64,000 bases of DNA from Gemmatimonadota bacterium (lineage in GTDB: Bacteria > Gemmatimonadota > Gemmatimonadetes > Gemmatimonadales > Gemmatimonadaceae): NCBI GenBank assembly GCA_040389905.1, contig JAZJZK010000020.1, positions 1 through 64,000 on the forward strand, read 5' to 3'. Position numbers and translations under genes: made by a program. Below are positions 30,389 to 39,694 of the stretch, in pieces; position 1 is the stretch's first letter; every line of letters starts with the position of its first letter. Under the pieces are notes generated by a model, which was given only the letters and a program-made list of their open reading frames with translations, was not told where the DNA came from and ran no database searches.

Positions 30389-31480
30389 CTACAAGTGCGA
30401 GGCTTCCTTGTAGAACGGGGGCTTGGTCACCGTCGCAGGCAGGCGCTTGCCGCGAATCTCCACCTCGAACTGCGTCCCTTCCTTCGCACCAGCCGTCGGC
30501 AGATACGCGGTGCCAATCGGAATACCGAGCGTGGGGCTCATCGTCCCACTGCACACCACACCACTCGGCTCGCCATTGTAAAACACGGGATAGCCGTGCC
30601 GCGGGAAGTTGCGATCACTCATCGTGAAGCCCACGAGCTTCTTCGTCACACCCTCGGCCTTCTGCTTCGCGAGCACATCGCTGCCGACGAACTCGCCCTT
30701 GGGCAGCTTGACGAGCCACGCGAGGTTCGCCTCGAGCGGCGTCACGGTGTCATCGATATCGTTGCCGTACAGCGCCATGCCCATCTCGAGTCGCAGCGAG
30801 TCGCGTGAGCCAAGTCCCGCCGGCGTGATCTGCCCCGTGGCCATCAGCGCCTCCCAGATCGGCACCGCGACTTCATTTGAGATGTACAGCTCGAAACCAT
30901 CTTCGCCGGTGTAGCCCGTGCGCGAGATGATCGCCGGCTGCCCTGCAATCTTGCCCTCGGCAAAATGGTAGTAGCCGATCGTCGACAGATCGGTCTCGGT
31001 GAACGGCTGAAGAATGCCCGCCGTCTTGGGCCCCTGCACCGCGAGCAGCGTCATCTCGTCCGTGGCGTCGTGCAGCGTGACGCCGAACTTCTCCGCGTGA
31101 CGCGAGATGTGCGCGAAGTCCTTCGGCGCATTGCTCGCGTTCACCACCATCATGACCTTGTCCGGGAAACGATAGACGAGACAGTCGTCTTCGATGGTGC
31201 CGCGGTCGTTGAGAATCGTCGAATAGTGCACCTGCCCCACAGCCAGCGCGGCGACGTTGTTCGTCGTCACATAGTTCACGAAGTCCACGGCCTTGTCGCC
31301 GGTGATCCAGAACTCGCCCATGTGCGAGACGTCGAAGATTCCGCACGACTCGCGCACCGCCTTGTGCTCGGCCACGATGCCGGTCGGATACTGCACGGGC
31401 ATCTCATAGCCGGCGAAGGGAACGATCTTGGCGCCGAGTGCGACGTGGATTTCGTGAAGGGGGGTGCGCTTGAGAGTCAT
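30389..31480 (-). CDS. gcvT: Glycine cleavage system aminomethyltransferase T
   Basis: [49 protein letters not shown]. Confidence 0.95.
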   Translation of the reverse strand: MTLKRTPLHEIHVALGAKIVPFAGYEMPVQYPTGIVAEHKAVRESCGIFDVSHMGEFWITGDKAVDFVNYVTTNNVAALAVGQVHYSTILNDRGTIEDDCLVYRFPDKVMMVVNASNAPKDFAHISRHAEKFGVTLHDATDEMTLLAVQGPKTAGILQPFTETDLSTIGYYHFAEGKIAGQPAIISRTGYTGEDGFELYISNEVAVPIWEALMATGQITPAGLGSRDSLRLEMGMALYGNDIDDTVTPLEANLAWLVKLPKGEFVGSDVLAKQKAEGVTKKLVGFTMSDRNFPRHGYPVFYNGEPSGVVCSGTMSPTLGIPIGTAYLPTAGAKEGTQFEVEIRGKRLPATVTKPPFYKEASHL

Positions 31481-31544
31481 CGTGCCATGTGGGTGAGCGT
31501 TGTCGGGAAGATAATATGCGCAGCAGCGGAGTCGCTGATTGTGT

Positions 31545-31634
31545 TGTCACCCCGAGCGACAGCAGCGAGTCGAGAGGTCTGCACCTCAACCCCAGACTGA
31601 ACGTGCAGATCCCTCGACTTCGCTCGGGATGACA
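31545..31634. repeat. REP-like palindromic element (TGTCACCCCGAGCG...CGCTCGGGATGACA)
   Basis: Terminal inverted repeats with internal TGCA..TGCA stem; half-copies near 47791 and 54249. Confidence 0.75.
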
Positions 31635-31782
31635 TCCACACAAATGCACAGTCGCACAGGACATTTTGGCGGACTGGTCCTGGAATGTTCCTTTACACGG
31701 GACTGTCACGAAACTTGGCACTTTTCGCCAATCGCAGGCCTCGCGATATCATAACTCGTTGAAGGACAGACACTTGTAGTTC

Positions 31783-31798
31783 TGGTGCGCCGATTGCT
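31783..31798 (+). promoter_or_regulatory. Putative sigma-54 (-24/-12) promoter
   Basis: TGGTGC-GCCGA-TTGCT has the GG-N10-GC spacing, ~75 bp upstream of 31872; the same cluster encodes a sigma-54 activator. Confidence 0.55.
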
Positions 31799-31871
31799 AA
31801 TGGAGTGAGTGCCCGATGGCGCGCGATGTTGACGAGCCGGGGCAAGTTCTGGTTCGAATCGGAGTAGGATC

Positions 31872-32525
31872 GTGGTCTCAGTCCGTCGTACCTTATCGAC
31901 GTTTGCCTGCCTCTCGGCACTCGTCGCAAGTGCCTGCATGAGTGGCGACGGCAAGTCGCCCTTCGACCCCACGGCCAAGGCCCCAGAGTCGTCGCTGCTC
32001 GGCACCGTCACCGGCATACTCGGCTTGAATCTCGACACGCTCGTCACCGTGTTCGCGATCGATCCCAGCGAAACCGCAACCTATCACATCGGCAATACGC
32101 ACAGGCTCATCGTGCAGCAGGGTGGCCTCTGCGCGCTGAGCGCGCCGTACGGCGTCAACCTGTGGGACACGGTGTGCGAGGTCGCGAGCTTGCCAGTCCT
32201 GGTAACTGCGAAGAGCTGGACCGATTCGCAGGGACGTGCCCGAATCGACTTCACGCCAAGCCTGCGCTTCGCACCACTGGCGGGTGGTCAACCCTCGGCG
32301 GTGCTCTACCTCAAGGACAACGCGGCCGCGCACGACCTGTCGTCGAAGATCCTCTACTGTGGCCTGCTGAGCTGCATGGACGAGGGCGCGAGCGACCCCA
32401 CGATGGCGACGATGCACGATGCGGCGAACGGCTGGGTGTACCGGCGCATCAAGCATTTCAGTGGCTATCAGGTGGCCACCGGGTTCACCGGCGAGCCCTC
32501 GGATTCGACAGCGCAGCAACAGTAG
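31872..32525 (+). CDS. Lipoprotein of unknown function with C-terminal HFS motif
   Basis: Lipobox ASAC; C-terminal RRIKHFSGYQVA. Confidence 0.7.
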   Translation: MVSVRRTLSTFACLSALVASACMSGDGKSPFDPTAKAPESSLLGTVTGILGLNLDTLVTVFAIDPSETATYHIGNTHRLIVQQGGLCALSAPYGVNLWDTVCEVASLPVLVTAKSWTDSQGRARIDFTPSLRFAPLAGGQPSAVLYLKDNAAAHDLSSKILYCGLLSCMDEGASDPTMATMHDAANGWVYRRIKHFSGYQVATGFTGEPSDSTAQQQ

Positions 32526-32534
32526 CCCACGCCC

Positions 32535-35500
32535 GTGAAAGAGCGCTCTCCGTCGCGGCGCAGGTCGGCCCGGGTGCCTGGATCGGCATTGCGCCTCGTC
32601 ATGTCCGGCGACGCCACGGTGACGGACGACGATAGGCTTCGCGACGCTCGCGCCCGAGGACTCCCAGCGGACGTATGCAACGCGCTCAACAATCTCGGGC
32701 TGTTGCACACAAGCCACGAGCACTGGGCGACCGCCTCGGCGTGCTACGAAGAGGCGCTTCAGATCGCCGAGGTGCTGGGCGACACCGCGTCACGCATCAG
32801 CATCGCCGTCAACTTCGCCGAGCATTTCCTCGCGCAGGGGCTGTTCGATCGCGCGCGGAGTGTGGCGAACCTCGCGGCCGAGCTTTCGCAGCGCACCAGC
32901 GATAGTCACGCCGACGGCGAGTTACAGAAGGTGTTCGGCGTCATCGCGCGGGAGAGCGGCGAGCTCGCACTCGCCGAGGAACACCTCACGAAGGCGCAGG
33001 CGATTGCGGAGCGTCGCAACGACCTCGTGTTGCTCGCCGAAAGCACCAAGGCCAAGGCCGACGTGCATCGCGCACAGGGCCGGAACCGCGATGCACTGCT
33101 CTGCCTGAACGCCGCGTACCGAACGCTCTCACCGCTGCGCGCGCGCCGCGAGGTGGCGGATATCGACGCACGCGTCTCGCGGCTCGAAACCGACTTCCTC
33201 GACGTCGTGCGGAAGTGGAGCGAATCGATCGAGTCGAAGGACCACTATACGCAGGGCCACTGCGAGCGCGTGGCGGACCTGGCATGTGCGCTTGGCGCGC
33301 ACGTGGGTCTCGACGTGCAGGCGCTCTTCTGGCTCCGCATCGGCGCCATGCTCCACGATGTGGGGAAGCTCGTCATTTCGGCCGATGTGCTCAACAAGCC
33401 CGGCCCGCTCACGAGTGCCGAGTGGGAATTGATGCGGCAGCATCCGCGGCACGGCGTGGAGATGCTCGCGGACATCGACTTTCCCGTGGGCGTACGCCAG
33501 ATCGTCGAGTCGCACCACGAGCGGTGGAACGGGACGGGGTATCCGAGTGCCACCAGTGGCGAGGCGATTCCGCTGGCGGCGCGCATCGTTGGCGTCGCCG
33601 ACGTCTATGATGCGCTCGCCTCCGAGCGGAGCTACAAGCGGTCGCTCTCGCATCAGGACGCGCTCGATCTCATGCGGCACGACGTCGGCAAGCAGTTCGA
33701 CCCGGCGCTGTTCGCCGCGTTCGAGCAGCTCTCCGCGGAGAAGACGTCGCGTCGCGGCGGCCATCGGTCGCCGGCAATGCATCCGCGATTGGAGAGCGCG
33801 GGTGGCGGCGCGTCACTGGACGAACTCACGGGACTGCCGCTCCGTCGCGCGTTCATCGATCGAGCGCGAGAAGAGTTGCGTTCGCGCCAGACGCCGCTGT
33901 CGTTACTCGTCATCGACGTGGACCACTTCAAGCTCGTCAACGATACGTACGGCCATCTCGCCGGTGACGGCGTGTTGCGCGGAATCGCGGCGGTGCTGCG
34001 GCAGAGCGTGCGCCCATCCGATTTCATCGGACGCTATGCCGGCGACGAATTCGTGGCCCTGCTCCCCGCGACGACGCCGGCCGACGCGATGGTCGTCGCC
34101 GAACGGATGCGACTCGCGGTGCACACGCTGACGATGAGTCCGGACAGCCGTTCGGCGGTGAGCGCGACGATTTCGCTCGGTATCTCCGGAGCGCCAGACG
34201 ATGGCACGAGCATCGAGGAGTTGTTCGCGGCTGCCGACGCAGCGCTCTACGACTCGAAGCTGCGTGGACGCGACCTGGTGGTGCGCGCGGGCGCACACGA
34301 CGGTACGGCGCCGGATGCGCTGCTCCGCGCCGAAGGCTTCTTCGGGCGCGAGGAGGAGCGGCGGCGGCTGACGAAGGTGCTGGATGAAAGCATGCACGAG
34401 GGTGCGCGCCTGGTCACGATCACCGGCGAAGCGGGGGTGGGGAAATCGGCACTCGCGCGTGAGCTCGCAGCGGATGTGCGGATGCGCGCCGGTTCGCTGG
34501 TGATGGCGCGCTGCATCGACACCGAAGCGCGCGCGCCCCTTGCTCCGTGGACCTCACTGCTGCAGTCCATCCGCGTGCTGCGCATCGTTGCGGACCGAAC
34601 GTGGCGCGAACTGCCGCGACTGCTCGCCGACGCACCGGCCAGCGTCCCGGCGTCCGTGAATGGAAGCCGCTTCGCGCTCTTCGAGGAGGTCGCCGAGTAC
34701 CTGCGGCTTGCGGCGGCCACTCGGCCGCTCGTCATCGTGCTCGACGATATGCAGTGGGCCGACGAGACTTCGTGGGACCTGCTCGAGCACGTGGTCGCGC
34801 GCATGGGGCGCGATCGCATTCTGTTCTGCGTCACGCTGCGCGATGAGGACAGCGGCGACGACATCGCCGCGCGGCGCGCCCGCATGTCACGCGACGAACG
34901 GTGCACCGATCTCCACCTGACGCGGATGTCGCCCGAGGCACAGCGCGAGTGGCTCCAGCACGTGCTGCGTCAGCCAGCCGACGAGGGGCTGGCGGCGTAC
35001 CTCTTCGCGCAATCCGAGGGGAATCCATTCTTCGCTGTGCAGGCGTTGCGCGCGTTGATCGACGAGCGATCGCTGCGCTGGACGAACGATGCGTGGGCGT
35101 GGACGGCGCCGACGCGGTCACACGTGCCGGTCGCCGTGAACGATCTCCTCAACCGGCGCGTGGCTCGGTTATCGCCAGACGCGCGGCGGATCCTCGCGGG
35201 CGCCGCGGTGATCGGCCGCGCGATCGAAGTGGACGTGGCAGTGCTCGCCGGCATCGGCACGGAGTCGGAGATCCTGGATGCGATCGACGAAGGCATCAGC
35301 GGCTCGGTGCTCGACGTATCCGGCGAACGCGGCGAACACCACGTCACCTTCGCGCATGCGCTGCTCGTCGAGATCATGCGCGACACGCTGAATCCCGGCC
35401 GGCGCACGCGGCTGAACGAACGCGTCGCGGCTGCGATGGAGGAGCTTCGCCCCACGTCCGTTTCCGCGCTCGCGCACCACTACGAGAAGGCGGGAGTGAA

Positions 35501-36896
35501 CGACAAGGCGCGCCGATATGCGTGCCTTGCCGCGGAACACGCGGTGTCGGTCTACGCACATGCCGACGCGATCGAATTATTGCGCGGCGCGGAGCGTCAC
35601 ACCTTCGACATGAAGGAACGCGCGCGCATGCGCCTGCGCCGCGCCGCGATCGCCGAGTCGGCCGGGCGGTACCGCGACGCGGAGGATGCGCACCGCTCGA
35701 CGATGTCGGAGCTGTTCGGCGGACTCGATGCGGCGCAGCGAGCGGAATCGCGCCGAGCGATCGTGCGGATGCGCGCGTTGCAGGGCGAGAGTGTCGAGTC
35801 AACGCGCGCATCGTGCCGCGAACTGCTCGCACAGGCCGAAGTATTGGGACTCGACAGCGAGCGCGCGGCGTTACTGATGGCGCTGTCGCAGTCGTATGGC
35901 CGCACAGGAGAGACGGGCCCTGCGCAGGCGATGGCGGCGGAGTGTCTGGCCATCGCGGAAGGTCTCGACGACCCCGACCTGCTCGCCGAAGCGCTGCTGC
36001 GTGTGGGGACGTCGCTGCTCCACGACCGCCCGGCGGATGCGATGACGCACTACGTCCGCGCGATCGAGATGCACCTGTGGCGCGACGACGTGCTCGGCCA
36101 GATTCGCTGCCAGATCAACCTCGGTGTCGCGCACACGTACCTTGGCGATCTTCACGCGGCCGACGTGTCCTACCGGCACGCACTCGCGCGCGGACGCGAA
36201 ATCCACACGCCAGACTTTGCCGGACTCGCGGCACTCAACCTGGGCGCACTGAGCATGAAGCGCGGGCGGTTGTCCGATGCGCGCACCGAACTCGAGGAGG
36301 CGCACGCGCTCTTCCGTGAGGTGAACAACGAGCCGCACCGCATTGCCGCGATCTACAACCTCGCGCACCTGGCGCGCGAGGAGAAGCGGTACGACGACGC
36401 GTCGTCGCTGTACGAGGAGGCGCGCGATCGGGCCGGCAACGTCGCGCTGCACGAAGTGTGGGTGGGTGCGACGGCGGCATTGGGCCTGATTGCGCTCGAC
36501 ACTCAGAATTCCGATAGGGCCGAGGCTGCGTGGCGGGCGGTTTCGAGTCGGCTCGGCGCGCTCGGCGACGCGTGGTTCCAGGGGCGCGAGCTGGTCGAAG
36601 CGTTCGCCATTCGGATGGCTCTGCTGGAGAACGAAGTCGACACGGCGCACAAACGCTTTACCGATAGCGTCGATCTCGGCGCAACGCACGACGCGTACGG
36701 TGCGGCGTGGCTCATAGCGAACTGCGCAAAGGCCATTTCGGATCGTGCACCGGCAGCGCGACCGGGCATTGTGGGGATTGCTCGCGACTACGCGCGGCGG
36801 GTCGAGACGATGGGGTTGCCGACGCTCACCGCCAGGTTTGCCGAGTTGCTGGCGGATGGGGCCGCCGAATCGGAGGACACTCGAGTCCAAGCCTAA
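32535..36896 (+). CDS. Hybrid TPR, HD-GYP, GGDEF, AAA_16 (STAND), TPR signalling protein
   Basis: HDVGK..HHERWNGTGYP; DVDHFKLVNDTYGH..RPSD..RYAGDEF; GEAGVGKS..LDDMQWAD..GNPFF; TPR repeats at both ends. Start uncertain. Confidence 0.85.
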   Translation: MKERSPSRRRSARVPGSALRLVMSGDATVTDDDRLRDARARGLPADVCNALNNLGLLHTSHEHWATASACYEEALQIAEVLGDTASRISIAVNFAEHFLAQGLFDRARSVANLAAELSQRTSDSHADGELQKVFGVIARESGELALAEEHLTKAQAIAERRNDLVLLAESTKAKADVHRAQGRNRDALLCLNAAYRTLSPLRARREVADIDARVSRLETDFLDVVRKWSESIESKDHYTQGHCERVADLACALGAHVGLDVQALFWLRIGAMLHDVGKLVISADVLNKPGPLTSAEWELMRQHPRHGVEMLADIDFPVGVRQIVESHHERWNGTGYPSATSGEAIPLAARIVGVADVYDALASERSYKRSLSHQDALDLMRHDVGKQFDPALFAAFEQLSAEKTSRRGGHRSPAMHPRLESAGGGASLDELTGLPLRRAFIDRAREELRSRQTPLSLLVIDVDHFKLVNDTYGHLAGDGVLRGIAAVLRQSVRPSDFIGRYAGDEFVALLPATTPADAMVVAERMRLAVHTLTMSPDSRSAVSATISLGISGAPDDGTSIEELFAAADAALYDSKLRGRDLVVRAGAHDGTAPDALLRAEGFFGREEERRRLTKVLDESMHEGARLVTITGEAGVGKSALARELAADVRMRAGSLVMARCIDTEARAPLAPWTSLLQSIRVLRIVADRTWRELPRLLADAPASVPASVNGSRFALFEEVAEYLRLAAATRPLVIVLDDMQWADETSWDLLEHVVARMGRDRILFCVTLRDEDSGDDIAARRARMSRDERCTDLHLTRMSPEAQREWLQHVLRQPADEGLAAYLFAQSEGNPFFAVQALRALIDERSLRWTNDAWAWTAPTRSHVPVAVNDLLNRRVARLSPDARRILAGAAVIGRAIEVDVAVLAGIGTESEILDAIDEGISGSVLDVSGERGEHHVTFAHALLVEIMRDTLNPGRRTRLNERVAAAMEELRPTSVSALAHHYEKAGVNDKARRYACLAAEHAVSVYAHADAIELLRGAERHTFDMKERARMRLRRAAIAESAGRYRDAEDAHRSTMSELFGGLDAAQRAESRRAIVRMRALQGESVESTRASCRELLAQAEVLGLDSERAALLMALSQSYGRTGETGPAQAMAAECLAIAEGLDDPDLLAEALLRVGTSLLHDRPADAMTHYVRAIEMHLWRDDVLGQIRCQINLGVAHTYLGDLHAADVSYRHALARGREIHTPDFAGLAALNLGALSMKRGRLSDARTELEEAHALFREVNNEPHRIAAIYNLAHLAREEKRYDDASSLYEEARDRAGNVALHEVWVGATAALGLIALDTQNSDRAEAAWRAVSSRLGALGDAWFQGRELVEAFAIRMALLENEVDTAHKRFTDSVDLGATHDAYGAAWLIANCAKAISDRAPAARPGIVGIARDYARRVETMGLPTLTARFAELLADGAAESEDTRVQA

Positions 36897-36997
36897 AAGC
36901 ATTGGTGTCATCCGCGACAACAAGGGGACGCTGCAGCAGCGGAATTTCGTAACCGATGTCACAGCGGGCGACGTTGATCCGCCGCGACATTGGGTGA

Positions 36998-37993
36998 ATG
37001 TCCGAGCCACAGCAGGGCTTCACGCTCGATCGAATCATCGGCACCAGCGACGCGCTGGTGCAGACGCTGGGGAGCGCGCGCCGAGTGGCGCAGGCGTCGA
37101 CGTCGACGGTGCTGATCATCGGCGAGACGGGCACCGGCAAGGAGCTATTCGCTCGCGGGATTCACTACGAAGGGGTCCATGCCGCGGCGCCCTTCGTCGC
37201 AATCAATTGTGCCGCGATACCGGACACGCTCCTCGAGTCGGAGCTGTTCGGCCACGAGGCGGGCGCATTCACCGGCGCGACGGTGCGGAAAGTGGGCCTG
37301 ATGGAGCTCGCGGGAAACGGCACGCTCTTCCTCGATGAAGTGCACCAGCTCCCGATACAGGCGCAACCCAAGCTGCTCCGCGCACTGGAGGCGCGGCACG
37401 TGCGGCGGCTTGGCGGCACGCAAGAGATCGCGATTGACTGCCGCATCATCGCGGCGTCGAACGTCTCGATCGAGCGCGCGGTGGAAGAGGAAACCTTTCG
37501 CGACGACCTGTTCTACCGGTTGAATGTGCTGCGCATCGACATTCCGCCGCTACGCGAGCGCCGTGGCGACGTGCCCATTCTCGCGCGGCACTTCGTGCGT
37601 GAGATGTGCAGGGAACACCGCCGCGGCGAGAAGGAACTGACGACGCAGGCGTTGTCGCTGCTCGCCGAGCATCGCTGGCCCGGCAACGTGCGCGAGCTCA
37701 AGAACGTGATCGAGCGTGCAACGGTCCTGAGCGGCGCGAGTGGGGCGATTACGCCGGCGCACCTCGCGATCAAGCATCGGGTGCCGCGGCTAGCGGTATC
37801 GTCAGGCGCGGCGCTCGCCGGCGAGATCGAGGTACCGATGGAAGGCAAGTCGATGCGCGCGATCGAGCGGGAAGCGGTGATGCTGACGCTCCGCGCAACG
37901 GACGGAAACCAGAGCCAAGCGGCGAAGATGCTCGGCATCTCGCGGCCGACACTGGCGAAGCTCGTCCGAGAACAAGAACCGAGCGCGAGTTAG
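36998..37993 (+). CDS. Sigma-54 activator lacking an N-terminal sensory domain
   Basis: Starts almost at the AAA domain; GETGTGKE, GAFTGA, WPGNVREL, Fis HTH. Confidence 0.9.
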   Translation: MSEPQQGFTLDRIIGTSDALVQTLGSARRVAQASTSTVLIIGETGTGKELFARGIHYEGVHAAAPFVAINCAAIPDTLLESELFGHEAGAFTGATVRKVGLMELAGNGTLFLDEVHQLPIQAQPKLLRALEARHVRRLGGTQEIAIDCRIIAASNVSIERAVEEETFRDDLFYRLNVLRIDIPPLRERRGDVPILARHFVREMCREHRRGEKELTTQALSLLAEHRWPGNVRELKNVIERATVLSGASGAITPAHLAIKHRVPRLAVSSGAALAGEIEVPMEGKSMRAIEREAVMLTLRATDGNQSQAAKMLGISRPTLAKLVREQEPSAS

Positions 37994-38031
37994 CCCGCCG
38001 AGATGTGAGCCGGAGCCAACGCTCACCACAC

Positions 38032-38336
38032 GCTGATAACTAGGGATGGGGGCGAGGGCTCAGGAACGGGCCAACCGCAGGCTGGGGCGCGGGCGTGGGC
38101 TGGGGCTTGGGCTGGGGCTTGCCTGCAGGCCCGGGCAGGGGCCGGGGCTTGCGCTGTGGGCTGACTTCTGGCTGGGGCTCGGGCCCAGACGACAGTCTGC
38201 AGTCGGTTCAACACTTGGCCCGGGCCCGAAGCCCGGGCCTGCGGGTAAGCCCGTGCCCCCAGCCCTAGCCCACGCCCGCGGCCAAGCCCGCGGTTGGCCC
38301 GGACCCCAGCCCCCGCCCCCATCCATAGTTATCAGC
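38032..38336. repeat. ~305-bp inverted-repeat element with ~115-bp G-rich/C-rich arms (MITE-like)
   Basis: GCTGATAACTAGGGATGGGGGC... pairs with ...GCCCCCATCCATAGTTATCAGC along most of the arm length. Confidence 0.85.
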
Positions 38337-38460
38337 CGGACAGTTCTGATCATCTGATTCAGTCTGATTCAGCCTGATTCGGAAGTGACGCGCTTGGGTG
38401 TCCATGGGTTGGGCCGAGCGAGACCGGAATTCACTGGTCTCATCCAGGAGGGGGTGGAGC

Positions 38461-39342
38461 ATGCACCTTCGTCGTCTGACGATTGGTTTCGCGTTTGGAA
38501 TGCTGGCCACGGGCGCAATGGCAGGAACGTCGGGTACGCAGCGTGAGATCGAGGTCCGCCGCATTCGCGCGCATTTCGACAGTGTGCTCATCGAGCTGTC
38601 GGCGCGCGATGCCCACGCGCTCTCGCCGGATCAGCAAGCGCGTCGCCAATGGGTGATGCACGAAGTCGCCGCCTACCGCGACCGCGGTGATTTCCCACAC
38701 AACTACGACTTCCCCGGTCAGTCCGTGCCGTACTTTACCGATCGAAAGACCGGCACCCTGTGCGCCGTGGCCAACCTGCTCGCGAAGAGCGGCGCCAACG
38801 ACATTGTCGCTCGCGTAACGCGCACGAACAACAACGTCTGGGTCGCCGAGCTCGAAGCAGATACCGCGTTTACGCGCTGGCTCGATGCCAATGGCCTGAC
38901 GCTCGCCGAAGCGGCGCGGATTCAGGTGCCCTATCAGGCGCCGGTGAGCAAGGCCGAAGTCGCCCGCAATGCCGGCTTCGCCGTTGTCGCGGTCGCCGCA
39001 GTACCGGCGACGCTCGTGGCGAGCCTCTGGAATGCCACCGGCAATGCCGATGGACATCGCGGTGGCGTGACCAGGACCGGGATGGTCGTCGGTGCGATCT
39101 CCACGGCACTTGGCGCCACGATTCTCACGAAGAACGATTTCAATCAGGGCATCGGCCAGAGCATGATGGCCCTTGGGGTGACGAGCATGGTACTCTCGAC
39201 GCGATCCATATCACGCCATGATGCGATCGTGAGCGAGCAGGCCGCACGCGCTCGTGCCGTGGCGGCGACGGCATCGGTTTCACCGACGTTCGACGTGCAC
39301 AACGGCGCCGGTGCCCGGCTGGCGGTCTCGATCGGCTTCTAG
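38461..39342 (+). CDS. Exported hypothetical protein, paralog 1 (RIRAHFDSV..FP.N..PYF.D..LCAVANLL..EAARIQ.PY)
   Basis: SD GGAGG, signal peptide, C-terminal hydrophobic segments, terminal Phe. Confidence 0.75.
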   Translation: MHLRRLTIGFAFGMLATGAMAGTSGTQREIEVRRIRAHFDSVLIELSARDAHALSPDQQARRQWVMHEVAAYRDRGDFPHNYDFPGQSVPYFTDRKTGTLCAVANLLAKSGANDIVARVTRTNNNVWVAELEADTAFTRWLDANGLTLAEAARIQVPYQAPVSKAEVARNAGFAVVAVAAVPATLVASLWNATGNADGHRGGVTRTGMVVGAISTALGATILTKNDFNQGIGQSMMALGVTSMVLSTRSISRHDAIVSEQAARARAVAATASVSPTFDVHNGAGARLAVSIGF

Positions 39343-39386
39343 CGGAGCGTTTCGCAAGTATCGATAGCACGGTCGCACGGCACATT

Positions 39387-39405
39387 GAACGCGGATTGAG
39401 CGGAT
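39387..39405 (+). repeat. GAACGCGGATTGAGCGGAT repeat (solo copy)
   Basis: Identical 19-mer at 54620-54638 and inverted at 54794-54812. Confidence 0.75.
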
Positions 39406-39553
39406 TGACCAGCGAAAACGTGATGGGTTCGGCGAGGCACGACACCGGCGCGCTGACCGACTCGGGCCCGGCGGTTCCAACCACCCTGCTATCGGAACTT
39501 CGGTGACACTCCGTTAGGTCGTCACACTACGCTGTGCGCAGGGTCCTGGAGGC

Positions 39554-39577
39554 GTGTATGGCAGTATTGCCATATAC
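39554..39577. repeat. 24-bp palindrome, copy 3 (GTGTATGGCAGTATTGCCATATAC), stem extended by GAGGC/GCCTC
   Basis: Two differences from copy 1; the hairpin spans 39549-39582. Confidence 0.9.
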
Positions 39578-39694
39578 GCCTCTGACGCATGGTGTATTCA
39601 GCGGCAGAGAGCCATTGCTCTTCCGCCCCGCGTAATGAATGTTGCGTCGCGCAAGCTGCATCAGGCGGTTCCCCCAAATCATGGAGCTTTCGGT

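Noticed and set aside
31481..31700. Glycine riboswitch upstream of gcvT
   Set aside because: No recognisable GGAGA..CCGAAG..CTCTCAGG aptamer; the region is occupied by a REP-like element.
31717..31735. TGGCAC as a second sigma-54 promoter
   Set aside because: Lacks TTGC at the required spacing.
38023..38357. Gly/Pro/Ala-rich ORFs on both strands
   Set aside because: By-products of the G/C-rich inverted repeat; no RBS or domain features.
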